The translations under genes and the position numbers were made by a program. From Tubulanus polymorphus (Eukaryota > Animalia > Nemertea), in NCBI RefSeq assembly GCF_964204645.1, contig NC_134025.1, positions 3,162,001 to 3,226,000 of the forward strand: a DNA stretch of 64,000 nucleotides. The letters run 5' to 3'. How positions within the stretch are numbered: position 1 is the first letter of the stretch; each line of letters opens with the position of its first letter. Under the pieces are notes generated by a model. It was not told the origin of the DNA, ran no database searches, and saw nothing but the letters and a program-made list of their open reading frames with translations. Shown here piece after piece: positions 51,301 through 64,000 of the stretch.

Positions 51301-51746
51301 TATTCAGTGATTATCTATAGCAGGGGTTTGAGTGATACGAATAGAAATTTGATGAATATGCGAAAAATCCTGGTATTTTGTCATTTGAAAAAATGTGAAA
51401 AATTGTAAGGATGGGAAAAATGAAAATCACGTTTATCAATTTGACCCGTGCTATAGTGAATTAGAACGATCATCAGCGTAATACACAATATTGACTGATT
51501 TTCTGAAATTTTCATGATTTACGATATTTCCAGGTGATCGGTTGCAAGTTGAAATTCGGTTTGACCTGCGATCTGTTATACCACGTTACAGAAGCTCATC
51601 TGCCCGCGACCTCCACCTCAACCGGTGTCAAGTGTCCGTGGAATGGTTGTTATTTGATGTTGATATTGGGTTCTAACGCCAGAGAACATATCGCTCATCA
51701 CATCGAAGATCTCGATGATGATTCGCTTTCAAATTTATCATCATGA
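42390..51746 (+). CDS. ZNF106: Zinc finger protein 106-like; 21 coding exons: 42390-42449, 42537-42595, 42683-42811, 43125-43246, 43852-45185, 45405-45554, 45636-45681, 45767-46153, 46554-46765, 47143-47194, 47275-48062, 48414-48943, 49269-49458, 49548-49676, 49767-49883, 50173-50361, 50669-50731, 50848-50967, 51048-51122, 51213-51284, 51534-51746
   Basis: Two N-terminal fingers (CDLC...EHYWSLMHH; CTIC...KHLNGDQH), long low-complexity middle, coiled coil, WD40 repeats (LLLVGSYDTLITVRDA), two C-terminal C2H2 fingers. All junction phases are compatible. Confidence 0.9.
43343..43590. mobile_element. CAGGGTGGCCAC-type non-autonomous element, partial (second copy 50377-50606)
   Basis: Both copies start CAGGGTGGCCACTGACCT and contain GGAAAA subrepeats; the second ends in GTGGCCAC. 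Confidence 0.55.
48156..48274. mobile_element. Short MITE in a ZNF106 intron
   Basis: TIR TCTGGACCCGGTTCCACAGTTGTGAGTTA / TAACTCACAACAGTGGAACTGAATCCAGA. Confidence 0.6.
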
Positions 51747-53862
51747 ACAGATTTTATTCAACGAACAGTTATGGGGGTTTTTGATATTTTCTAGGTAGTT
51801 TAATGTAGTATTAAATTGATGTTTAATAATAGTATTATTTTCAATAGATTTGAACGCTTTGTTTTCTTGGATTTTCTTTCTGAATGAAATTTTAACACAA
51901 AACTGTATTTGCTCATTAATCATGGTTTGAATTTATGATGAAACTGAAAATGATTCAAATAATGCGTCTGATAACGATAAAATCGAAGGTTCTGACGACA
52001 TATACTGTTATATACATGTATTTAAAAACAATTATTTTCGTTTTGGTGAAGTGAATGACTTTTAATGAAATGCGAAACCTAAATGATACCGGAACTGGGA
52101 TTATTCCATTGATATGTCACCCATTTATAACACAGCATAAAGGTTTATAAAAATGTGCTTGTGGTATTTGTTGAAGGGCTATGTATTTCGTATATGGAGA
52201 TGATTGATCTTGTTCACGGTGTATAGTGTTATTTTCTGATGGAGCGTTGAAGTTCATATAATAATAGTATCTTACGTGTGAATAGTTAAAACGAGGTCAC
52301 ATTAGTACATGATAGTTCAATAGTTTTCATAGTAGTCTTAATTTATAAAAGTCCTAGTGACATTCCGACTTCATTCGAAATGCTGACAAATGTTATGTAT
52401 ATTGTAATCCGCATGAGATGAATTTCCTACTAATTCGTTTTGTCGCTAATATCTAATTTTATGAAGGTGACTGGGTTTAACAGCTGGACACACTCCCATA
52501 GATCTATCTGATTTATCTTTTCAGTCATAGACTCAAATTGGCGGTAAGTTCATTTCCAAATGTTAACTCGGATCTGTAGAACTGGTTCCTGATCGACTAA
52601 AATCTAACTGGTTGTGTTAAGCTATAGTAACAACGATATCTGTATAAAGAATTCATGTGAATGAAACTAGGGGTGAATATGTGTGTCGGTACGAATAATA
52701 CAATGTATATGAATTTATTTTTTTACCCATCTATGTATTCTATACAGACAGCTTGTAATAAATCATTTTTGTACAGTAATTCATTTTGTTTTTTTGTTGT
52801 TTGCTGTTGTTTCTTCGAGACGAGAAATTCTCTATTAATGGACTCTATATGATGATACCGATTGTCACGATGCCCAAGTATCCCCGGATTATAAGATAAA
52901 ATCCCACTATTTACAGATTAAAAGAATTTAAAAACAAGAATTTATTTATTAAATCTAAAATATTTAAAAGACACGACGTTTCGATCTCACCCTAGAGATC
53001 ATCGTCAGGTGTGATTATCGTTCTATCCCCGGATTGTTATGGCTCTTCGCTGATAGTTTATACAACATTTAATTATTATAATGTTCTAAACTGCAATAAG
53101 TGATGGGTTATTATCCTCAACGAGAATAGATCATTGACCACACCCTGATATCGGTGATAATCGTGCGTTTACGTAATATCGAAAGAGATTACGAACGCAT
53201 CATTTTTCCATTTTATTGAGAAATACTTTTAAGCCATCATTCATAGAATACGCCTTCGCTAGAATCTAGCGAAAATTATCCCTTTTGGTTCATTGGTCGT
53301 AGAGCTGTACTGTCGTTATGGGCCGTGTACACAGAGCCGCATAGATATATAGACAAGTGAGAGTAAACCGACACAGCTGTTTTCATGCGTTGTGTTTCGC
53401 AGTACTATCCTCGAGTATCGTCGTCAAGGTGTTAATCTCTTTCTAAACAGGAAGATCGAAATATTCAATTCACTGAACCAACTGTGCGCTATACCTTCAG
53501 TCAGTGAATAAGATGCATATTTCTACTGGGTAGTTGTTTTTATACCCTTTTACAGGTGAGTTGAGTCGATGAATTCTTGAGAAGATTTTTCAGATCGTTC
53601 AAAATGAAAGATGTATATGTTGTTTGTGTTGTGAATTAACTCATGTACACCGTGATTAATAACACTTTAAGGCGCGTGATATCCCGTCCATTTATTCAAT
53701 ACTCGAGTACGGTTTATAAAACTGTAACGCATATTTCCACGTACATGCGTTAATACGAATCTTACGGGCTTAATTAAAATTGTCGTATTAAACGGGTTTC
53801 GTATTTTCTAAATCTGAATTGATATGAATATGTTAGCTGGGACATGCTGGAAATCATCATTT

Positions 53863-54018
53863 GTTATAAATCGGTTTCGTCTTTTACAGAATCGTATAAC
53901 CGTTATAAATCGGTTTCGTCTTTTTCAGAATCGTATAACCGTTATAAATCGGTTTCGTCTTTTACAGAATCGTATAACCGTTATAAATCGGTTTCGTCTT
54001 CTACAGAATCGTATAACC
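53863..54018. repeat. Minisatellite, 39-bp unit x 4
   Basis: Unit GTTATAAATCGGTTTCGTCTTTTACAGAATCGTATAACC. Confidence 0.95.
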
Positions 54019-54639
54019 AAGGTTCAGACTGTAGTACATATATATATATTACGATACCATAATTATTCTCTTTTAAATGAAAAAAAACGATTCGCGTGGT
54101 GTTAATATTTGCTTTAAAACGCTGCGACAGAAAAGAGTCATAGTTGAAAAAATAATGATTGACCTGAATTTAACTGCCATATTATCAGTTCATTTATTAT
54201 TCAACAAATATCGAGCATTTCCTTCCCGGTTCCAATTAATATTTCAAGGACCTTGAATTGAAGTGTCCAATACACACGAGACAGTTTTAACCAATATGAA
54301 TAGATCTAGGTACCTAATAATTTCATGTTAGAAATGAAAGTAAGAATTTGAAAATAATTTAGAAAATTTGTCTTTTAGAAAGATATACACTTAGCATTGT
54401 ATCAGTTTGTAATAAACAGGAATAGCGCCTGATACAAGTCGAACTATATTGAAATATGAGAACTGATGGCCAGCACGATTTTGATTCCTGTGCGTGAAAG
54501 TTTGATGAACATTCCTCTCTGGATTAAAGAACATTGAACTTTTCTAATTTACGACGATAGAATTTAAAATTTAGCCCAAAATTAAAAACGTGTATCTGTT
54601 TACAGCGGTTTTTGAACCAGGTTCTCGAACTCAGGCTAT

Positions 54640-54905
54640 CTATTTTGCTAATTGTAAGCCTACTCTTGACTGTTAGAAGGTCAAATACACAATTTGAAAA
54701 AAAACGAAAGATATAAAATGCGAAAAATTTATCCTCTAACTACGAATTTTCGGTCTTCTAAAAACCATTTTCAAGTGATGATAAAGGTTTTTAGATGAAT
54801 ATCGAAATTTTGGAGTTTTCGGAGAATAGATTTTTCACAGTTTCATATCTTTCGTTTTTTTATTGTGGATTTGACATTCACTATTTGACATATAAAAAGC
54901 AAATT
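54640..54905. repeat. Degenerate foldback
   Basis: AAAAAACGAAAGATAT pairs with ATATCTTTCGTTTTTT, TCTAAAAACC with GGTTTTTAGA, GTCAAATA with TATTTGAC; centre ~54775. Confidence 0.6.
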
Positions 54906-55389
54906 CTACATATTCTAAGCTGTTAGGTTTAGTTCACTGCAAGATGGAAAATGGTACGGTTATTTGATTGAGAGTCGTGAAACAAGACAGAAAGAAAGAT
55001 GATTTAACAACAATATTTTCTATTAAATTTTATTCATATCTAGTATTTCTAACGCACGGTATATTGCGTAGTTTACCATTTCAGACTTAGTGCGGTAAGA
55101 TGTTTACCTTGGTCGTCAATATTTGCCCCGGGACAAATAGACATAATACTTCCAAATAGCTATATCGCAAATTCGAATCGGTGACGAAGGAACGCAACGG
55201 CATATCAAATAACATGATACGAAACAAGATATTCGTTACCTATCAACTAACGTCTGACATCGAATTTCGATTAGCCATATAAATCTGCTTAAGCTAATTT
55301 TGGAGCTGTATGCCGCGCCCATCTCAAAGGTAGTTTTCGTTCCCATGAAGGGAAATCTACTTGATACGAAAGATATGAAATAAACCTTC

Positions 55390-55460
55390 AAAAAATTCAG
55401 AGGGGTCGAACCACATTTGCCGGGATAAACCATGCGCGTAAACCACTACACCACAGATTG
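55390..55460 (-). other. Degenerate tRNA-like or SINE-head sequence
   Basis: A-box TGGTGTAGTGG, B-box GGTTCGACCC, then a T6 run. The D-stem pairs but the other stems do not. Confidence 0.4.
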
Positions 55461-57246
55461 TACTGACATACAAAGCATTTTAGGTCTGGTGGTCTTGTCG
55501 ATTGTCGTGGCGACTTAGCTGTTGCTTGGAGTATTTGGACAGATGTCAAAAAGCATTAAAAACATTCAATAAAACATTTGCCATACGATTCTAAACTCTT
55601 GATTTCACAAACGACCGAACTGTGCATTTATAGATTAATTTTCGAAATCAACATTTCAAACCAAATTCTCTTGAAAAAAAAAATGTTTGGACCTTTTAGG
55701 GCTAGCTACTAACGACAGAACGTTGCTTGCAGGGAGAGGATCAGTGATAGGCGATAGTTTATAAATGGAAAATGATGCCATATAGAAAAAACACCTTCAG
55801 CTAGTTGTCAGATGTAATATATTTTATGAATATGATTGTAGAGGTCCGCGCGGCGTATCGTATCGTTTAATCTCGCAGTCGATGTCTGATTCTTTAAAGT
55901 TGTTTCATTTCTAAATATACTATTTCTGATGTGAACTGCGTCAGAAATCTTACATCGATATCCGAACTGTCTTGTTGCCTTCGGCAATGCGATATATTTA
56001 TATAATTCAGTACGAAAATATTTATATTCGTATGTTGTTGCTAATGAAAAAAGGTGCTTAGATTTATATATATATATATTGACGCAAACTCGATTTGCCC
56101 CTCGAAAACATCGATCAGATATTATCCTATCGTCGCATCGCGTGTTCTAAATTGGAAACACCATCATCCGATGTATTTCAGGTAAATTCATCTGGTCAGG
56201 AAAATCATTCAATACACACACGCACATACACTCTCTTTAATAGGTACTATAACTTAATGACCTTATCAATTATTTATTTCAATTATAGAAATTGAATCAA
56301 TTGAATTGATAATCAAATAGAATATCAACTAAAGAAAAAATTTTTTCCACTACTTTGATATCTCTCCCGTGGGCTGAAATGATCACGTTTCCGTTTGATC
56401 GTGGATGTTCTCTAGTTGATATACATCCATGGTTGGATACAAGCTCGACTATAAAGATACCCGGTTTTCGGTAAGTTGGTTGATTTTATGACGTGTCGCG
56501 TCGACGATACAACCATCAAGGATTAGGTATATTGATCATATACTCCCGGTATAAATAATTGTATAACATACACCTGAGGGTGTTGCCGTTTAGAATTATA
56601 AATAGATGATACAAATTGACATGGATGTTGCTAGTCGTTGTCCATCCGTTTTGGTCCGAACTGGTTTTATGAGGCGTGCACTTTAGATGTTGTCATTAGT
56701 AACCGGGGATACTACCTTCTTGGTTATATCTATCTACCTACCTACTCGAAAGAATGTTCGAGCTTTGAATGTATGCTGTCGTCATGGACCTTAGGAATGT
56801 TATGAAAATCGCAAGAAAAGGATTTCCTTCAGTATATTGATGGAACGTGATAGGTGTGTACTTGAATTCATTTTGTTCTCAAAATTTCAGAATGAAAAGC
56901 TAATCTCTCGAGAAAGCAACTTTATTCAACTTCTTAGAGTATATATATTTATATATCATTTTCTGTGTGTATGCCAGGATGTTGAAGAAATAGATTCACG
57001 TTTGTTTCAGAGATGTAGTAAAGTGACAATTGAGAATTTATCCATGTATTATAGACGGTTCAACACGATAAGGAGCATACATTATCACTTAGAGAGTATA
57101 TGTATATAGAGGTGTCATATACTACGCCCTGCTATTCCCAGACGAATTCATACATTCAAGGATTATATCGATGGAAATTAGTTGATTTTTAATGATTATC
57201 TTTCTTGCCATTCAGAAGCCGTTCAGATTGCTGAAAAACCTTAAAC

Positions 57247-59880
57247 ATGCACTGGAAAGTGGTTCTAGTGTTGGCATTTCTTGTTACATTGTACTTGATC
57301 TTAGGAGGAATCGCTTTCCACTACATAGAACATCCAAATGAGACAACCAACCAGGAACAAGCATTAACGGCAAACAAAGAATTTTTAGGTAAGCTGTTGT
57401 TTGTTTTTTTTTTAAATAAATTTATCTAAATGTGTATATGAAAATAAATGATAACACAACTCGTAATTATTTCCTATATATGCGTGTTTACACCATTCTT
57501 AAAACTCCTCAGGCGTCAACACAAGCTACAGTGACGTAGCTACATCATTGCTTCCTCACTTGAAATAGATATTTTTTCTTCGTTTCAGCCAATTTCACGT
57601 GCGTGGATCCAGAAAAATTTTCAGAACTCATTCAAAAAATAATTGAAGCTTATAACCAAGGAATAATAGCTTCCAATGACTCGATGGTCAGCAATAGTAA
57701 CTGGGATATCGTTAGTTCCATATTTTTTTCCACAACTGTTGTCACTACTATAGGTATGTCAACTTTTAAAAAGTGGCCATGTTTTTGTGGTGGTCACTTT
57801 TTAGGAATACCGCGGTGTCTTCTTCAGCATTTGAGATTGTCCACAAATAGCAAAGATTACGATTAAGATATTACAATCCTTTACGACGATATCATGTCAA
57901 TAATAGTACGTTCGGTACACATCTGTTTGGTCTAAACAATTATCTATATTTTCGGGTTCTCCACTATCCAACCCTAAACTGCCGACTTCCCAAATAACCT
58001 TATCCTGCTTTGCCTCGTTTGTCTGTTCAGAGAAGCCGCGTAATCTTGGTTTTACCAACACTTGGTCGGTCGTCCAGTTTGTTCCTTATAGCCTAAAACG
58101 CAATTAGCGTATGAATGATTTAAGGCAGTGCCGGTATAAAAAAATGGCCGGAAACTCGACCTTTGGTGAAATAGAGTGGAATTTGAAATTTATTTGAATA
58201 TTTTTTACTATGTAATTTATCAGTTGAATCCACTGTCGAACAATTAAAGTATGTGAATTCAACGGGACGCTCGAAACTGATAGGTTTTTCTTTTTGTTTT
58301 GTTTTTAGGATATGGACACATAGCCCCGGTTACGCATGGTGGTCGTGCATTCTGTATCATATACGCGCTTATCGGAATACCACTAGTGGGAGCATTTTTA
58401 GCGGGAATCGGTGAAAATATCGCGGAATCGGCACGAGCTCGATATAAACCTGCGGAAGAAAACTCTAAGTGTTCTAAATACAGTCGTATCTGGATAGGAA
58501 TGATCTTTCTGTTTTCCGGTGCCGTCGTATTCATATTCATTCCGTCGATTTTATTCTCATATATGGAACGGTGGACATACGGAGAGGCACTTTATTACTC
58601 TGCAATTACACTCACAACTATAGGATTTGGAGATTTTGTGGCCGGTAGGTTTTAGTATGCAAACTCATCTTTACTTCTCTGAAATATATTTTCTTCAAAT
58701 TTTTAACTTATTTCCTCTTTCTTAAATTGTACATATCTTGTTTATACACATTTTTATTATGATACTTTTGATTGGTTTCGATTGAATAAATCTGTATTTC
58801 TATAATGTGGTATATTAGGTCGCGTACATAATCCCCCTCGACCGGGTATGTACCAAATTCGTAAAAATGTTGTGGTTTTGATCGTCATATGTGCTCAATT
58901 TCCCGAGAAGTTGAATCGATAGAAAGAAAGTTTTTTTTGTCGCAAATTGAATATATCAGGCGGCATTCACTTTAGCTCACCTTTCTTTGTTGTTTAAGTT
59001 CTGTCCAAAATTTCTATTTCGTTTAATTTTGTACTGCACTACACTTTTATGGTTTATGTTCATAAAGCAAAGACCTAAGAAAAATTAATACTGTAACTGA
59101 AATTAACCGAAATATCCGTCTTTGACCCTATGAACTAAAATAAGATATTATCGTAATCGCTTTTTAGGTTTAAGATCGAGTGGTTCACAGCGGATCTGGT
59201 ATAGATTACTCATATCAGTTTGGATCCCGGTCGGTTTGGCGTGGTGTGCGTTACTTATCAATGAATTCAGCGATGTAGTGAAACGATATTTCTCGAAACC
59301 CGAAGTAGAACCGGAAGACGAAGAGGCGAACGAACCCAACCACGTGACCGGAAAGACAAATAATGGCTTCGAGCGGGTAAGTGGCGTTCGATAGACCATA
59401 TAGACAGACATAAAACAATTTAATGTTAACGTGTGTAACTGCATTCCACCGAAGGCAGCCGTATTGTCCAACTGCATTATTTTAGTCGCAGCCAATTGTG
59501 ACTTTAAACGCGATCAGCGTATAGTGACTGTACCGGCAAATCATACACGGGCCAACCGTTCGGCACCGGTGCCAAATGGGTCCGTGCCTGATTGACACGG
59601 CCAAAAACGTTGGCCCATGCCCGTGCCATATTCTAGCACGAATCAATCTAAACAGTGTCGATTTTTTCCACCAGTAACGAGTTAGTGACTTACGCGTCTT
59701 ATGAGGCACGGCCAAATTTGGCCAGTGTGACCCGGGCCAAAACGTTTGTTGCGCTCGAACTCATGCAGGAGACATCGAATTCATTCCCGATAAAAGACAT
59801 CGAATTCATTTCGAATTCATTCGAATTTTTACTTTTAGGATAATCACAAAATGGAATTGAACGATATCGAAAATAAATGA
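57247..59880 (+). CDS. Two-pore-domain K+ channel (K2P, TREK/TALK-like); exons 57247-57388, 57589-57753, 58309-58644, 59168-59376, 59839-59880
   Basis: M1 MHWKVVLVLAFLVTLYLILGG, cap Cys, pore 1 TTIGYG, pore 2 TTIGFGD, M4 WYRLLISVWIPVGLAW. The subfamily cannot be resolved by eye. Confidence 0.92.
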
Positions 59881-60695
59881 AGTGAGATCATGCGCATTGT
59901 GACATTGTGATAAGTACTTTTGGTTTGAAAGTTGTGATCTCTGAAAAAGGTTAGTTCTTCCTTGATTTGGTCGAGAGTTGGTCGAGGCCGGGCTGTGCGA
60001 ATTTGACAATTAAAATCGAGGCTAGAATATGAAGAAGTTACGAAGAAACCACGAAAGTGTTTTATGCAGATGATTTATATATATATATATATATAAACAT
60101 TAAGATAATATATTCTATGCTCATATTTATAAACCGCGTACATTCTTGCATAAATCTTCACTTTCTGTTATTATCAACATTTTTTAGAAATATTTATAGT
60201 TTTCAAATTAAAATCACCGCATATTTTAATCGTCTTTTGAATTAATTCGATATCTTTTATTTCACCCGAGTTGTATTGTATATAATGTAAATAAAAATAG
60301 AATTATTTTCAAATGTATTTTACTGTGAATTTGTCGTAGCGGTGAGACTTGAGTAGTTTTTGGAAAGGACGTACAGCGACCACATAGCGACCACATGCGT
60401 ATTCTAATAGAAATCGATTGTTCTAGTGGCTAAGTGTCGTACATGAGAATATCAACTTACACATTCATCCGGTAGACACTTCATTTTAGTGACGGATACA
60501 TTTATTTCTATCAATCGTTGATACAAATGTGTTAATATTATGATACGAATTGCTAGGTCTCACAGTTCCATCTCCTGTTTACATGAATGATTAATTTGAA
60601 CATAAGAATAGTATCTATAGATAGAAACAAATCTAGAATTATAGATTCGTGCAATTGAGCTGCGATTTAAAACGTGTTTTGAATAAGATTTTGTA

Positions 60696-63600
60696 TCAGA
60701 AATTAGCGACATCGGCGAGAGTTGAAGCAGCAGAGAGAAACGTGTACGTCACGACCGATAGATGTTTCTTGAAAGTCTCCCACCGTTTTTTCTGGTTCGG
60801 GTCATCTTCAATTTCAAACAGAGCGTCAACAAGACCAGGAAGACTTACACCAGAGTAGTTATCAGTTGAACTAGGCGCGTATATTATATGTCTGAAAACA
60901 AAAACAAACTACACTGGTTTCATACGAATGCACTGAATCTATATTTAAAATATTGCATATTTGATTGAAACACGATAAGTCTTGGTAGAGTTAGTTTTTT
61001 TATTTGCTGCTGCCTGATTATTGGTTCTTCACTTGAAGAGACATTCGTCGTATCACCGATGATGGATGACTGGTTACATACCGATCTCTAGGTCGACCTG
61101 GCAGACCATTCGGATCCGTGAAAGCTCGTTCCAATTGCATCATTTGATCACTGGCTTTACGTGCGTCCAAAGGACTGAAAATAAACAGCGATCAATCAAA
61201 ACCCATTCAATAGTATGATTATCGTTATTGGGCGATTGAGTGGCTGTTACTGAAACTTACTTATTCCTGTTAATAGAGGGTAGTAATGAATGGAAATCTT
61301 GGCAGGATTGTGAAAAAATGTCAGCCGCTTCTTTCAAATCAGCTGTAATATTAAAAATATGGTCATTAGAACCATCGCATAGATTCGATTTTGATTAAGA
61401 TCGCACGGCTATCACTTGCCCACAGATATGTTGTGCTTTTCTAACAACGTTCCGTATTCTTTGATAAAGGAATTAACAAATCCAGTTATAGAATTCCCAT
61501 AGTCTCGCACGTCGAATGGCAGTATATACGTATCAGCGATAGATCTCGCAACTTCTCCCCAATACTGAGTTACAGCCGCATGATACTAAAAAAACAAACA
61601 TTCTAATTGAACGATTCAATGAATACCAAACATCTATATAGGTATTACGCTAAATGCTTTACCTTAAACGTCGGATCAATGATATCATTCATCAATGAAA
61701 ATGTCTCATACACGGAATGATACAACGGATAACTAGATAATTTCTTCAATTTCACCTAGAATCAGGAAAACTCGATTATAATCATTATTGAATGTTTTGT
61801 TCTTCTGAAACGAACGGCGTGATATACATATAGATGGCATAGATAGAGGGCATTCAAGCATCGACATGCTCAAAAAGTACAGAAATATACGTTGATGTAC
61901 CTCATCATAAGTATGATAGAAATCTGCACTGGTTATTCCGCACGTTACAAAAGAAGCATAATCGCTACCACTACCCAAAACTAGAATTCTAAATATATTT
62001 TGATAAGATTAATGAACAACCTTGTCATACGTATATCGAGTATCCATACTTGACACCCCTAATTTCGTGATAAACGGAGCATAATCACTACCACTGCCCA
62101 ATATCTGAATACTGCAAAGATAAAACAGCTCCGAAATGCTCCATCATTGTGAAATAATAGATTATTGAAAACCGTCTGATAATCTTACGTTGGTACGGTT
62201 GAGTTTGAAAACTGTGCCCATTTGTCATACAACGTCTTCTTTCCAAAACCTACTTCAGTCGTGTTTGGATTTGGTACCTTCGGAAAATATTGAAATCGCT
62301 TTTCAATTTCATACAAATGGTCATCATTTGAAATAGAAACATCAATGATTTATATTTACTAATTTTGCTGCTTCGTGTAAGACTTTCGAAAGAAGCGGCG
62401 TTCCTTTAACTTGTATGGAATGATTACCTAAAATAAACAGAATGAAATGAAAAGATTGACAAAGATATGAAAAATTAAGTTTTGAAAATATGAGCTCAAT
62501 CATATACTCACCCTGAACTGCGATGTCAACATTAAGGTAAGCTACAGCCCGTTCACCTAGACTCTTAGTGAAATGCTATATATTGAAAGTGAAAAAAAAT
62601 TGAAAGTTGAGTAAAATGGAGCCATATGCAGATTACACACTACAATAAGACATGTTTTTATATTATACCTCAACCCATTCCGTCGATCCAACTAATCCAT
62701 ACTCTTCTGCACCCCAACTACAGAACATCAATGACCTTCGAGGTCTCCATCCTTGAATTATTCGAAATTAATATATATAAAACATTTATCATTTATGATT
62801 CAAGTAATGCGTGGATATGAATCAATGACGAACCTTCTTTTACAAGTTTTCCAAATACGCGGCTGAGTTCGACCATTGCTGCAGTTCCGCTGGTTGGGTC
62901 AACGGCTCCGAAAACCCAAGCGTCTCTATGATTACCTAATAGTACGTATCTGTCAGGCTCCATATCTCCTCTTATAGTTCCGATAACATTATAGACAGTT
63001 TTTATTATATTATACGTTTGAACGTTCAACTGAACTTGCCTGAAAATTAAGGATGAAACATTTACATTGTACATATAGTGGAACCTCGTTATAACGAACT
63101 TACGGAGCCCCTGAGGGGACATGGTTAGAAATAGATATCTTTTTCCGTTCGAACGAAATAATCTTTTCGTGGGAACGAAATGATTTCGTTGGAACGAAAA
63201 AAATTTATATTAATCATGATATCGGGGCTCCGTACGACATCCAGGGGACGTACAAGAAAATATGTTCGTTATAACTTATAATTCGTTTTCGGTATCAATT
63301 TCTTGAACTGTGGTATTAATCACTGAACTTACCATGAACTGTCAACGAATCCAGGTCCAAGTTTGTATTTTATCCCTGGTATGGCACCTTGCCATTTATC
63401 AGGGGCATCCTTACCAGCGAGATTTCTGGAATTTGATAAGACCGAAGAGTATATGATAGATGTCTCTGAAATTATAGGAGCACAAGAATAACATCTGAAT
63501 AAGTCCACACTGATTTGTTATGCCCCGACCTTAGCAATGTCTGTGCATCGTCGTAACCTATCGGATGACTAGGAATTTTCGGGATATCGATATCCTCTTC

Positions 63601-63929
63601 AGAAATACGATATGCAGAAGCTAAAATTGATAGCAAACAATTCAAAACCCGTTTCGTAGAAATAACTACAAACTGGATGTACAAAACGATTTCTTCCCCC
63701 CACGAGTCCCGAATTTTAACATGTCCTTTAGTTTCTAAAACTTACATATCGAAGGATAACCAAGTGTTTGTGGATCTCCCTTGTCTATTAGCAACGTTCC
63801 TCTTTGCACACCTGTGCCGGGTAGCCACCACGTTTCAGGGAATACCTTGACATTTGTATCTGGTGCGTAATTTGCGGGATCACTGTATAAAATCATCCCT
63901 TTACAACCGAACTCCTCCCCAAATTTCAC
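60696..63929 (-). CDS. NAALAD2: Glutamate carboxypeptidase II / NAALADase (M28B) peptidase, 3' part; exons 63929-63746, 63620-63530, 63425-63333, 63039-62834, 62751-62669, 62575-62512, 62427-62360, 62277-62189, [62111-62021 or 61988-61901], 61755-61663, 61585-61420, 61342-61261, 61174-61082, 60891-60696
   Basis: [65 protein letters not shown]. Zinc ligands and catalytic Glu are present. The 5' end is outside the window; FOLH1 versus NAALAD2 orthology is unresolved. Confidence 0.93.
63101..63234. mobile_element. Small MITE nested in a Tc1/mariner-like remnant
   Basis: TIR TACGGAGCCCC / GGGGCTCCGTA inside a sequence starting AGTGGAACCTCGTTATAACGAAC. Confidence 0.5.
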
Positions 63930-64000
63930 CTAATCAAAGGCAAAATAAACACAGGATTAATCGGAATTTGTTGAACGATACGTTAATCTAATTAGATAAA

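Noticed and set aside
53824-54105. Repetitive ORFs, and the same 39-bp period as the other array
   Set aside because: Minisatellite translation. The two units share no sequence, so the equal period looks coincidental.

Overview
Gene-dense, AT-rich animal genomic DNA with short spliceosomal introns, most likely a lophotrochozoan invertebrate judging by the SNAP-25 sequence. Most ORF-track entries are exon fragments or antisense shadows, so gene models were rebuilt by hand from splice sites. From left to right: a tandem array of GM2-activator-like lipid-binding genes (two intact, one frameshifted) interleaved with two intronless class A GPCRs; TALDO1 (+); SVIP (-); NTPCR (-); LRRC57 (+); a SNAP-25/23 gene (-) whose coding exons span ~16 kb; ZNF106 (+); a two-pore K+ channel (+); and the 3' part of a GCPII/NAALAD-family peptidase (-). 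Introns carry many MITEs, foldbacks and minisatellites. Main observations: (1) the single SNAP gene has two alternative N-terminal exons and two duplicated 49-nt exons, one set SNAP-25-like and one SNAP-23-like; (2) the NAALAD gene has duplicated substrate-pocket exons only 32 nt apart; (3) LRRC57-SNAP-ZNF106 has the same order and orientation as human LRRC57-SNAP23-ZNF106; (4) a lipid-carrier gene and a GPCR gene have been co-duplicated as a unit. No expression data or database searches were available.
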